A DNA stretch of 64,000 nucleotides, taken from the NCBI GenBank assembly GCA_011109175.1, contig RDEW01000001.1:1316360-1380359 (forward strand), in the 5' to 3' direction. Below, piece by piece: positions 25,016 to 36,451 of this stretch (its first letter is position 1; every line of letters begins with the position of its first letter). The DNA is from Dicyema japonicum (Eukaryota; Animalia; Dicyemida). The translations under genes were made by a program, and so were the position numbers. The notes below the pieces were generated by a model. That model saw only the letters and a program-made list of their open reading frames with translations. It searched no databases and was not told where the DNA came from.

Positions 25016-26863
25016 TTAATCAAGGATGATCGAATACTCAGAGAAGGGTTTCACTTCATGAAAGGACACAGTATCCAACAGCCATTCAAGGGCAACTACA
25101 TTAATGCCAAATTTATCCCTATAACCTTCAAAATTAAGAAAAAGAAAACGTTTGATTCGTTCTTTCTGCGCATTATCAAACACCTCAGTCACAACAACTC
25201 GAGTTTCTTACTCACTGACAAATCTTCTAGCTCAATCTCTTTCCCACCAGCCATTTTGATGAGGAGAGTCAGGTCCCCTGTGAAGATTAATTTTAAGCCA
25301 ACGAGTTGTGATGAGAGAAAAATCTCCAATAAAACAAATAGCGAATGAGTACAGTAGACAATCTCTGGATAGACGAGACTTTTTGGGTCCATAGTGAGGC
25401 TTCCCGAAGTCAGTGTCCCCAACGACTTCATAAACACTCTATAATCTCCTTACCAAAACAAAAAACTTCTGAAAGATGCTTCTTCAATCGGAGACCATCA
25501 GCAATCCAGGACACATCGACTATCCAGCATCCCTTAGCAACCCCAAATAAATACTTGAGAGTGCGGTTGCACAATCCAGAACTCCCTGATATTAACATAC
25601 TAGTAACCATCAACCACGACGTGAGTGGTAGCCTCTGCTATAAAGGAGGTAGAAAACTCAAAATTAAAGTAATCACAAAATTTCCAAATTTCATCCTTGT
25701 AAACATAAAAAAGCCTAATACCGTAATTTCCAAGCCAAGACCCGACGAAACCAACGAAGGCCGATTTACGGTATTCGGAGTTTGAGAAGAAGCATATTGA
25801 TCACTGTGCACGTGGTTTGAGTCGTTTTTTGGACAAAGACCGTCTCCAGAACATCATGATTAACCTCCCTAGAATTTATTTACACAAAGACAGTTTATTT
25901 TTTTGGGAGAAGAAAGTCTCATCGTCTTCTTCTGAATAAAAAAGATCGTCAGAAAGGTTATTGGCCAAGTAAGAACTCATTTCGTATTGATTTCCCCCAC
26001 TTTCAGTGTCTTCAATATTTCCCACTAAATCTCCCGCATGATCAGAGATCTCATAATTGCTCATCTCCACGCAAGATGCACCCAAATCACCAAAAACTGT
26101 TAATTCCATGTCATTCTCGGCAGGGGGTTGTTCTGATCGACGATGACTGGTTAAATCTGAAGATTCACCCATGTTCTCCCCATCTGATGAACCAAACTGT
26201 CGGGGATTAACTATTATAGTAGATTCATTGGCATTCCCACCAGAAGACGAATCAGACTGCCAAGGATTAGTCATTATGGTGGATTCATTGGCATTCCCCC
26301 CAGGAAAGGAATCAGACTGCCGAGGATTAGTCATTATGGTGGATTCATTGGCATTCCCCCAGGAGAGGAATCAGACTGTTGACTTGCCATTAAACTGGTA
26401 GATTTAGTAGAGTTTCTTTCCACATGACCAGATTGAGTGTTGTCCCAAAACTGTAGATTTGTCAATATTTTCAAAAGAGCTTGATTTACCTTGAGAAACA
26501 TCTTCAACTGAAGAGGTCAACTTGACGATCGGAGGAAATGATAAAGCCCCAGACTCGTTGGGTAATAGATCTTTTAGTTCCGACATTTTTTGGGAGAGAA
26601 TCGTAACAATGTGATCCTCCCAAATAGAACTACAATGGAAAATCAGAGTACTTTTCATTATATTTTTTGTGGCAAGTAGGACAAAAATAAATCAAGTTGT
26701 CTGGGGGTAAATCAAGGCAGTCCTTACAAAACAGATGTCCGCAATGAATTACGACCGCATTGGTGGTAGTATTTTTACTACATATTTAAGACACATAGTA
26801 CCACAAATTACAACTCAAACTTTCATAGATGTTTTTTATTACGCAATTTAGTCTATCGACCAT
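25016..26863 (-). CDS. BRCA1: Miniature BRCA1 (N-terminal C3HC4 RING plus tandem BRCT)
   Basis: After splicing: CNLC...CGHLFCKDC...CPTC (RING); SLVSSGL...TTHVV...CNRTLKYLFGVAKGCWIVDVSW (BRCT1, BRCA1-type RTLKY); VVALEWLLDTV (BRCT2). No ankyrin repeats seen, which argues against BARD1. Confidence 0.85.
26206..26384. repeat. Three tandem 60-bp coding repeats in the BRCA1 linker (STIMTNPRQSDSFPGGNANE-like)
   Basis: Units begin at 26206, 26266 and 26326. The last unit is one C short. Confidence 0.9.
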
Positions 26864-26959
26864 TAAGAAGATGTCGATTTAAATATATTTAATTATTTAT
26901 TTAAAAAAAATAAAAATAAAATTATTCCAAAGACCAAGGTGTTCAACTCTTGAATCTGA

Positions 26960-27380
26960 CAACGATGTTCAACTTTCCTATGCGGATGATATTGTGTTGG
27001 CTTCGCGAGATCAGGACATCCAGAAGGTTATAGAAAGAATACAAATTAACCTTGACAGGCTTAATGCTGGATAATGGAAAACCGGCTCATTGTGAATGCA
27101 GAGAAGTCGTCTACGTCACTGTTTACCTCTGACAAAAGATTGGGAAGGAAGACAGTGACCTTGAAGTTAAACAAGATCGGCATCCCTTTCAACAGATGTC
27201 AAAGGATCTTGGGTGTGACAATTGATATGCATCTCTGTTAGAAAACATTCTATCGAAATGCGAAAAGAAACTGAACGTATTTAAAAGTTTATCGGGAATA
27301 TAGAAGAGTGGTACTCACCCAGTCTTGATGAACGTGTACAAACAGTACATCGACCCATGTTTGCATGCGCCTCGTGGGGA
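26960..27380 (+). mobile_element. Non-RTE LINE RT fragment
   Basis: SYADDIVLASRD, NAEKSS, ILGVTIDMHL. Similar to 5770-6550. Confidence 0.8.
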
Positions 27381-27417
27381 CCGTTCATACTAATAATAAT
27401 AACGTCCTTTTCAATAT

Positions 27418-27600
27418 TTATAGCTCCGCATAGGCAGGACACACACTTTATTTAAGTAAATAACAGTTAATTTTAACTAATCGTAGAACCAAGGAATGAT
27501 TTTCACTTATTTTTTTTCTTTTTCTTGTGTGTGGGTCCTTTCTAGACAATCCAGTTCCGCAGTGAGTATCCACTGATGACGGCGTCACTCGTCAAACCCT
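27418..27600 (-). mobile_element. Family C SINE copy C3
   Basis: Reverse complement of the 8505-8688 sequence. Confidence 0.8.
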
Positions 27601-27689
27601 TTAACCGTCCATATCTTGGACAATATGAGGAAATGCAAAAGAGGGCTTACAGAGTAAAGGAGCGTTGAATTTGTGAAGATCACCGAAGT

Positions 27690-27845
27690 TGTCTCCAGGT
27701 AACAAAATTGTCTCCCGGTGGAAAGAATATTTGGATCCTTTTGATGCCGGGCAGGCATTGGGATGATCCTTTTTCGTGCCGGCTTGGCACTGGGCGTCAC
27801 CTAGACAGGTGGATCACATGACGCCACTCTATTAAGAAGAGAGGA
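27690..27845 (-). mobile_element. Chimeric family A module (A3, 27763-27825) fused to a family B 3' half-module
   Basis: 27763-27845 matches A1/A2, and 27690-27762 matches 49905-49960 and 52175-52225. Confidence 0.8.
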
Positions 27846-27849
27846 TCGC

Positions 27850-28460
27850 CTTTACAGAGGATTCAAATATGAATGGGAGGAAAAGTTCTTTATGATTAAA
27901 ATATAGGGCAATGTACATTGTTTAATATGTCACGCAACGATAAAATTGTTAAAAACCTACTCCGTCAAAAAACATCATCAACAGCACGAATCAATTTATG
28001 ATTTATCAGGCGATTCTAGAAAACAGAAAGTCGTTTTTTAAAATCTCATTAATTCCAAATAATCTTCATTTTTTAAATGTGGTGCCTCTTTTAGAGTTAA
28101 CAAATATAGCTTCAACAAGAATTAGTCATCTTATTTGCAAAAAAGCATTTGAAGCATTACTGATAGCGAAATTTTGAGGAGGACTAACTACTACTCTTGC
28201 CGAAGAATGTTGTTCTCAACGTATCTAAGGTGAAGTGAAGAAATAACACTTTTATAAGGCATCATGGTGTGATTCATCAGGAAACTAATCACAAGACAAC
28301 TAACATGAAATATATGTTTCACAAATTGTTGCATCCATCGTTAATTGGATACGGTCGAAAGCCCTCAATCATCGAAAATTTAAATATTTTTTAATAAAAT
28401 TGATGCCGATTATGGAGATGTGATTCTTTATACTGCAGTTAGATGTTAAGTCGCAAAATG
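27850..28460 (+). pseudogene. Internally deleted hAT (SPIN/Buster/GTF2IRD2-like) transposase relic
   Basis: FKYEWEEKFF...CLICH...YSVKKHH (N-terminal zinc finger); HGVIHQE; IVNWIRSKALNHRKF...DYGDVILYTAVR. Confidence 0.8.
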
Positions 28461-28889
28461 GTTCAAATAAAGAACAAATACCGATAAAAATAAACTGACA
28501 GATATGCATCTAAGTCAGTTGTTACGGACCTCGACATCTTCTATTGTAGTAGCTTTAAAGAGCTAATTGATTAATGGTTTATAAACGAGGCTACCATGTG
28601 ACCCTCGGATTGATTGTTTTTTGTTGAATTCTACACATTATTTAGCGAAATACTGATCCTTGTAAATATCAAGGATTATTCATATGGACGAATTTAAAAA
28701 TCTAAAAATAATTTCAAATAATAAAAAATCTCTGTGATTATTCCAATTGGTAAAGTATAATTCAAACACCCTTCCAAGTAAACGAAACTTTACTATGCTA
28801 GGAAAATTTGTCGCAAATGTCAAAATAACTTGCCCTAGTCATTCCCATAAAAATATAGGTGTAACTTATTTATTTATCAAGTTTTTTCC

Positions 28890-29130
28890 TGGCCTACTCC
28901 ACTGGTGAAAATTCCCATTATGAAGACTCTTGAAGTGATGTACTTGACGGTAGGACGTGTGATGGTAATGTAGTAGAGTGGATATACTTCTCCACTTTTC
29001 TTCGGAAGCCCACAATGGAATATTAAAGTATTTATTTGGTCTTTAAAAGCAGACGTTCTCCCTTGGGTTCCTTCCTCGGATTAATTAATTATGACTGTGT
29101 GCTGGGCTTAGCAAAAATTATAAGCCTGGG
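28890..29130 (+). mobile_element. LINE 3'-end fragment homologous to 30600-31030 (-) and 34940-35200 (+)
   Basis: Shared cattatgaa...gtaggacgtgtgatg...ctccact...aagcagacgttctccctt blocks. Confidence 0.65.
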
Positions 29131-29269
29131 ATTAATAAAAGGCTTTTATGTTTTACATGATATCTTGATCAATCAGAATTGTATTCAGGACATCAAAGAT
29201 CTTCTCAAATAGGTTCATCGAATTCATTCCCATTCGCATATAAATATTTTTAGTATTTTTAAAGCCCTA

Positions 29270-29444
29270 CACATTTTTTTGCGTGAGTCCTTTATAGACA
29301 ATCGGGTGAAATGTTCCCGGATGACGCCTTTACTCGTCAAGCCAAAGCATCGTGGATGCATGGAACCTTATGTACAGCAGCGAGATTTGAACCTGGGACC
29401 ATCAGGCCATTTCCCAGGCACTTGTTACACTACGCCACCCGTCC
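29270..29444 (-). mobile_element. tRNA-headed family C SINE copy C4
   Basis: Minus strand GGACGGGTGGCGTAGTG...GGTTCAAATC (A and B boxes), then the GCTTTGGCTTGACGAGT...GATTGTCT body. Confidence 0.8.
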
Positions 29445-29616
29445 AGCTGGGTGGAGTTACAGGTAATATGGCTCTACATTATAATTTGACCTTATTTCTC
29501 TATAACGGTGAACCTGCACCAGTTTTATTTAATTATCAAAATCTGCATAAAAAAGTTCGATTTTTGCCATAAGGCACAACTATGTGATATAATTACACAA
29601 ATAATATCTTTTGATA

Positions 29617-30554
29617 ATGTTTTTCACTTTATTTCTCATTTTCTTTCAACGGGGGATCTGTAAATTTTGTATTTAAGCATCTTAGGTTACTGGAGTTATG
29701 AAGAGCTCAAAAAAAGTATTAAAAGGATTTTATCTTAAGACCCACGTAGCTGGGATGACTTTCCGAGCTGCAGGGGAAACCAGCAAAGTCCGATGGACCT
29801 ATCGGGAGACTTGAGGACCACAGATAAATGTGAATTTGAGAATCTTTCGGGAGATCCCTACGGAAGTTTCAAAGTTGTAACTGTAGCGGGAGTGGGTTAG
29901 CGATTATTGGGCAATTATTAGTTTACTATGACCAAGTGGGGGAAAAGATGTTCAAAATTAAGTGCGGGAATGACGAGGAAGGAGTCTATCCATTTTTGAG
30001 AATAATGCTGAGGGACTCCACAGAACATTTGGTTAAAGGGAAGAAAAATCGAGCTGAGGTAAGGGATTCATTATCTTTAAGCTCCAACTAATATTTATGG
30101 GAAACTCGGGTCACAGAAAACTTTCTTGAAAGGGAAAGCCATGAGATTGGGATTTTCCGTTCTTTTTTTCGTCATGGTTGGGTCAAATTTTATTTTCATA
30201 GTCAAATGTTAAAAGATCGCCCTTGCAAAGTCCTATGCTGAATGTTTTACAGGATTCCGTGAAACTCCGTAAGAACTACAACATGACACATAAAATAAAT
30301 TTGGATAGACTACTGCATCGCATCAGGCCATTCTACAAATATAAGGGATCCTTCACAGTCCCCCCGTGCACAGAGGGAGTGACGTGGAGAATTGGTTACG
30401 AAGAACTAAATTTTAAACAAGTTTCATAACTGCATCAATTTAGTACAAAATGCTTAAGAAATTAAGAAAACCCTCGGAAAGGAAGATTAATAACAAGAGA
30501 CCAATCCAGAAGAGATCCAAGACTATTATTTCGTGGGATGATTTAGTACTATAA
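29617..30554 (+). CDS. Secreted alpha-carbonic-anhydrase-like protein lacking the three zinc-ligand histidines
   Basis: Hydrophobic N-terminus MFFTLFLIFF; YWSY; QQSPMDL; STEHLVKGKKNRAELQL; FYKYKGSFTVPPCTEGVTW; NNKRPIQ. Six 23-26 nt introns. Confidence 0.85.
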
Positions 30555-30599
30555 TTATTTACTAACTTAATTGGTCCCTTAATCCAATAATGACATTAA

Positions 30600-31030
30600 T
30601 CATTCTTAATAAATGCACTCGAGTTAAGTCCAGCACAAATATTCACAACTAATTAAGGGAGAACGTCTGCTTGTGCTGACCAAATCCAACCTCCAATAGT
30701 CCATTACAGGGTTCCACTTCCGAAGAGAGGTGGAGAAGTAGGTCTGCCCCTTCCATTTTTCATCACACGTACTACCGTCGCGGACATCATTTCATTCTTA
30801 GGTGGAAGAGTTTTCATAATGGTAACCTTCACCGTTTAGTTTGTCAGGAGAAGGTAGAAGAATCCATTTTAACAGCTGTGTCGAGCCAGAAGGACTCGTC
30901 GACTCACAGATGAGTTTCGGTTGACAAGATGTGACCTTCACTGAAAAGTCCATCCTATCGATTCGAACACGACATGTTATAACGTTATGTTCAGCCAAAA
31001 ATGGCAGAGTAATTACAAATAAAATATCGT
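30600..31030 (-). mobile_element. LINE 3'-end fragment with TAATTAG terminus
   Basis: Reverse complement matches 34940-35200 and 28890-29130, and ends CCTTAATTAG. Confidence 0.7.
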
Positions 31031-31034
31031 AAAG

Positions 31035-31150
31035 AACCCTTATATGATCCACCTGTCTCGAGTAAACCCCAGTCGAAAATAATAATTTACCATCTCTACT
31101 TCATTGAGGGGGATCACTTTCTATCCTTTCGATGGTTCTGGATGGAAATA
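31035..31150 (+). mobile_element. Degenerate family A copy A5 (P4 arm lost)
   Basis: atgatccacctgtctc...cca plus downstream ttctatcctttcgatggttctggatgga, matching A4 and A2. Confidence 0.55.
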
Positions 31151-31211
31151 TAAATAATTAAAAAAATCATTAGATAACTGGAACTTGAGGAACATTGAGA
31201 GTTAATATTCC

Positions 31212-31430
31212 TTGGTTGAGGTGGTGACGTGTCTGGGATTGACGAGTGACCCCATCATCAGTGATTCATCACTGAGGAAACGGATTGTCTCAGGGACTCC
31301 CAGGCAAGCAAAAAGAAAGTAAGACGTTAGGAACAACTTCGATGTCTTGGATTAATTAGGATAACAGTTCTTTACTTTGTAAGTTCTCCCTAAGCTGAGA
31401 TGAGTAATTATTATTATTAACCCAAGAACA
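31212..31430 (+). mobile_element. Family C body preceded by an RTE 5'-end sequence instead of a tRNA head (C5)
   Basis: TGAGGTGGTGACGTG (31217-31231) is identical to the 5' end of the RTE at 48573-48587 (-), and is followed by the TTGACGAGTGAC...GGATTGTCT body. Confidence 0.6.
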
Positions 31431-31556
31431 CTAGATGAGTAATGGAAACATTGATAGTCGTAGGCGGAATAAAAAATTAATTATTAAAATATAAATATTT
31501 GTAAATTAAATTTAAATAAAATAATAATTTAATAAAACTTATCTGTTGAGGTGTAG

Positions 31557-34500
31557 ATGGCACATACATATCTTGTGACTAAGCAAAAGAGGTTTTTTAT
31601 GCAGCAGACAGCCCCTCCTGGATATGTCCCAGGTATAGGACGTGGGTAAGGAAATAAATAACTGAAATAGTGCTGTTCCATTCACCACTCGATCAGACAT
31701 TGGACCAGCAAAGGCTGCGGGAGAAAAGTAACCCCAAATATAATTATTTAACAGTGAAGACTCAGTCTCAAAGATGGGAGAGGACGAAGACTTAAATGAT
31801 GCCAACTTTGATGAGGTTGTGCCTTTATTAACACCAGTTCAACGGCTATTCAGGGAATCTCTGTAGTAAGGACCCTTATGAGAAGGACGACGAGGAGGCT
31901 GATCATATCTACAACTTGATTGACAAGAAAATGGACGAAAGGCGCAAAAATAAGCGAGAAAAAAAGTTGAAAGAAGAAATTGAGGTCTACAGAATGGAAA
32001 GACCCAAAATACAACAGGAGTTTTCTGATTTGAAGGTACTTTTTTCACTGATTTTAGCGGAAATTATCTACTGTAACTAACGAGGAGTGGAGATCTATCC
32101 CAGAAGTGGGGGATGTGAGGAGTAAGCGGCAGAGGAACCCTCGTCCTGAACAGTATTGTTCTAATAAACTCCTAGATACACCCCTCTCCCAGACAACATA
32201 ATATTTGACTCTATAAATGCCAATAGAAGCACCACTGCTGTTGATTTCACGGAACAGGTACTTTATGGTTATGATTTTAGAAATATGGCGGAATCACCAC
32301 CCCCTTCATTAATGGGACTAGTACAGACATTGACATGTGCAGAATTGGACAGGCCCGGAACAACCTTCTTGGAATAAAACTTAATAAAGTAATCTTTGGA
32401 TAATTGTGAGATCTCTGACTCTGTGATCGGTCAAACCGTGGTAGACCCTCGTGGATATTTGACCAATATGGATTCTATGCTACCTGGACACCGAGGACTT
32501 GAGAATCAGGAGGACGAGAACAAGGCACGTTCTCTGCTGAAATGCATAAGGGACACAAATCCAAAGACGGCTTCAGGTAATGTTGCTTCTTTACTCTAGC
32601 CTGGATTGCTTCTGCTCACCTGGAGGAAGTTACGGGGAAGATCCAGCAAGCACGGAATCTTGTGAACCGGGGTTGTGAGGAGTGTCCCAACAGCGAGGAC
32701 ATCTGGTTGGAGGCATGCCGACTAATGGTTGTCCCCTTGTCTAATTGATAGCCTGCGGACGAGGCTAAGGTTATCGTAGCTCGTGCTGTGTCGAATATCC
32801 CACATTCCGTGAAGCTGTGGTTGAAGGCGGCCAACCTGGAGACGAACATTGGCGTGAAGAAGCTGGTTCTGAGACAAGCGCTGATTAATATGCCAAACTC
32901 TGTGATGCTGTGGAAAGTAGCCGTGGAGTTGGAAGAAGAGGATGACGCTAGAATGATGCTCAGTAGAGCCGTTGAGTGCTGTCCCGACAGTTCAGAGGTA
33001 TCTGTTTTGGTTATGTAGTTATGGTTGGCACTTGCTAAGTTGGAGAACTACGAGAATGCCAGGAAGGTTCTTAATAAAGCCAGAGAGAACATCCCCACTG
33101 ATAGACAAGTATGGATTACCGCTGCAAAACTGGAGGAAGCCCACGGAAACATCGCAAATGTGAGGAAGATCATAGAAAGGGGTAATTATGTGTTTTTAAA
33201 ACAGCCGTGACCTCCCTCAGAGCCAATATGGTGGAGATCAATCGGCACAATGGATGAAAGAAGCTGAAGAATGCGAAAAAGAAGCCAAGAGCGTTATCAC
33301 GGCGCAATCGATAATGTTTGGTAGTTAATAACCGTAGAAAATGCGTGATTGGGATCGACGTGGAGCCTGAATATCAGAAATCCTCTTGGATGGAGGACGC
33401 CGAGAACGTAATTGGTAATTTATATACATAGTTTGTGGAGAATTCAAGCTTTGAGTGTGCACGTGCTGTCTACGAGCATTCCTTGGAGCATTTCCCTTAT
33501 AAAAAGTCGGTGTGGCTAAACGCGGCGCTTTTTGAGAAGAAGCATGGGAGCTATGAATCAACTCGGTCCCTTTTGAAGAAGGCTGTGGTGAACTGTCCAC
33601 GTGTAGAGGTGTTATGGTTGATGTTGGCTAAGATTGAGTGGATGGAGGTTGTTTTACTGTTCTACTGAAGGGGAATGTTTCCGAGGCAAGGGATGTGCTG
33701 TCGAGGGCGTTTGAATCTAACCCAAACAGTGAGGACATTTGGCTTGCTGCTTTCAAGTTGGAAAGCAAGAACAGCGAGTTCGAGAAGGCCAGGACTCTAC
33801 TGGAGAAAGCGAGGGAGACATCTTCCACTCCCAAGGTTGATCATTTTTAAAATTATTAGATTTGGACAAAGTCTATCAGTTTGGAGTACTGTTTGGGGGA
33901 TCTGACTCGAGCACATGACCTTGGTAGTGCTGCTATGAAGAAATATGACAGTCATGCCAAGATCTACAACTTGATGGGACGAATTTGTGAAGAAATGAAC
34001 AGTTTGGATGAGGCTAGGAAATATTACCTGGTGGGAGTGAAGAAATGTCCCCAAAACCTGCAGTTGTGGATTCTCAGTGCCCGTTTGGAGCTACGAAATG
34101 CTGCGATGACCAAAGCTAGGAACATATTGGAAACTGCCAGACTGAAGAATCCGAAATCCCCTGAGTTGTGGCTTGAGTCTGTTCGTTTGGAGAGGTTTCA
34201 CGGAGAGCAGAAGACGGCAACATGGTTGATGTCGAAAGCACTTCAGGAGTGTCCCCAGTCGGGGATTTTGTGGGCGGACGCTATTTATATGGAGGACAGA
34301 CCTCAAAGGCGGGCAAAATCGGCTGATGCTCTGAATAGTTGCGAACATGATGCACATGTGCTTTTAGCTGCCGGTAGGACTTTGTGGAGTATGGGCTCTG
34401 CCACAAAACCCAGAATTTGGTTCCAGCGGGCCGTCAATGTTGACCCTAATCTTGGAGATGCTTGGGCGACCTACTATAAGTTTGAGCTGAAGTATGGGAC

Positions 34501-34657
34501 GACTGAACAACAGGAGAGTGTATTTAATAGATGTGTTCAAAGTGAACCCAGACACGGCGAATATTGGAGATCTGTTTCTAAGAAGGTCGAAAACTGGCAA
34601 CTTAAAACTGGGGATATTTTGCCTTTAGTGGCTCGATTAATACCTGAGATTATATGA
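31557..34657 (+). CDS. PRPF6: Pre-mRNA splicing factor PRP6 (TPR/HAT repeats), about 15 micro-introns
   Basis: [67 protein letters not shown]. One -1 frameshift at ~33245. Confidence 0.97.
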
Positions 34658-34939
34658 CCTGTTTCATTATTTCGATAATCTAATTTTTATTAACATTAAT
34701 TGTTATTATAATAATAGTTATAGAATTAAATTTGTTTAATCCTCAAAAGACTAGGAAATCTCATCTGAGAGCGCTCAAGAGACTTCCATACACGTTAACA
34801 AATAATCGACAAAATTTGATTCCAACAGACAAATTGTAATTCCATCCAGCCGTTTTTTCGTCTCCTCCAGCAAAATACGTCATATCACGGTGTAGACAAA
34901 GAGACTTTCTTTTTTACTTGTTAATGAGAATGTAACTTG

Positions 34940-35200
34940 AGCATCAATTTTTTTCAACGAAGGTCTTTCTGGCTCGACACAACTGTTAAAACAAATTCTC
35001 CTACCTTCTCCCTGACAAACTCAACGGTGAAGGTTACCATTATGAAAGCTCTCCCGCCTAAGAATGAAGTGATATCCGCAACAGTAGGACGTGTGATGAA
35101 AACAGAAGAGGGTAGACCTACTCTCCACTTCTCTTCATTAATGGAACCCTATATTGGACTATTGGAGGATGGATTAGGTCATGGCTATATAAAATAAAGC
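34940..35200 (+). mobile_element. LINE 3'-region fragment
   Basis: Homologous to 30600-31030 (-). Confidence 0.65.
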
Positions 35201-36451
35201 TTTTGGGTGAGAGAAAAGTGATCTACAGACAAAGAAACACAACAACACCGATTTTGGAGATCCAAATCTGATGGAATAACTGTGAAGACCTGATCCAACA
35301 TGACCAGGAAACCACTCGACCTCAACGAGCCAAATTCTGAGCGTAAATTAATCAGCCGGAATCACTTTATTTGTTTTTACGGTTTAATTAATTCAATAAC
35401 TCCCTGAGTCTCCTCGAGTATTCTACCGCTTTCCGAAAATGTCTCAGAGTACTTCAATCGGGATGTTTTTTTTCAAAACCGAACGGGTTCTTCTGCGCAG
35501 GCAACTTTTTTTCCAGATGAGTTTCCTGGTTTTTTTAAAAACGCAGAAAACATACAACAACGGCAAGCGAAAATTAAAAAAAACCGTTGTAAATAAAAAT
35601 GAATGAAATTAATTTAAATTAAAAAGTATATTATCACCAAGCAGTTTTTGATGGGTTTGACGAATAACTTAAATTTAAGTGAATAAAAATAAAGAGGATG
35701 TGATAGCAGCTTTAAAGTAAAATTCACTAGCATTTAAAGGTCTTCGGAGGCTGAATTGAGAGTTAAACTCTTCAGGCACCGTTGCCAGCAATCGATAGTT
35801 AATATTAATATAATCATAGAATTCTCAAATAAAGCATATGATTTCCTGTGTCCCTACAGCCCAAGAAGCAATCCATTTTGAAGCTATTTTATCCCAGCCT
35901 TCCCTTAAAAAGATGCCCAAAAGACATATAACGAAGACTGAGGTGTTATATGTTTGATTGCCAGAAAAATAGAATCGATAAATTAATGAGGGATATCAAA
36001 AACAGTGATATAATCCGTAGAATATAATTTCCTGATGATTTTTGATTAATTATGAACTAGCATTGGTAGATTAACTGAATAACATAGGAAAACAACTCGT
36101 TCTAATCAGCCCTGCTGTCAGTCGGTCTTCCATGTTTGAGCAATACCCTGCAGTCAGTCGGTCTCCATGTTTGAGTAATACCTTTCAGAATTAGTTAGTC
36201 GCCGTCACCTCAAGAATGATCTGCCTTCAAACGTCCAGATAAAAGTGCTGTGGGATCCCACGAATATCTTTATTATTGTTATTACCCCAAGGATCACTGG
36301 GTCAAAAGAGCTTTACATCATCTTTTTTAAGAATTAAATTAAAAATGTAAACAAGCCTCTGGAAGAATAAGAATATTATATTTAATTATTTTATTATAAC
36401 TAATGAAAATTAAATATTCAAAAAAATTAAATAAACGAGCGGTCTTTTTGT

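Noticed and set aside
31232-31310. Hammerhead ribozyme in family C (TTGACGAG...GAAAC...GTC)
   Set aside because: C3 is U, the 10.1-11.1 pair is G-G in this copy, and the other copies have GGAAC rather than GAAAC with unpaired stem I. Too many core violations to call.
13380-33250. G-insertion RNA editing as the explanation for three -1 frameshifts
   Set aside because: The inserted base is ambiguous at each site, and DDX18 shows an opposite (+1) homopolymer indel, which favours sequencing error.
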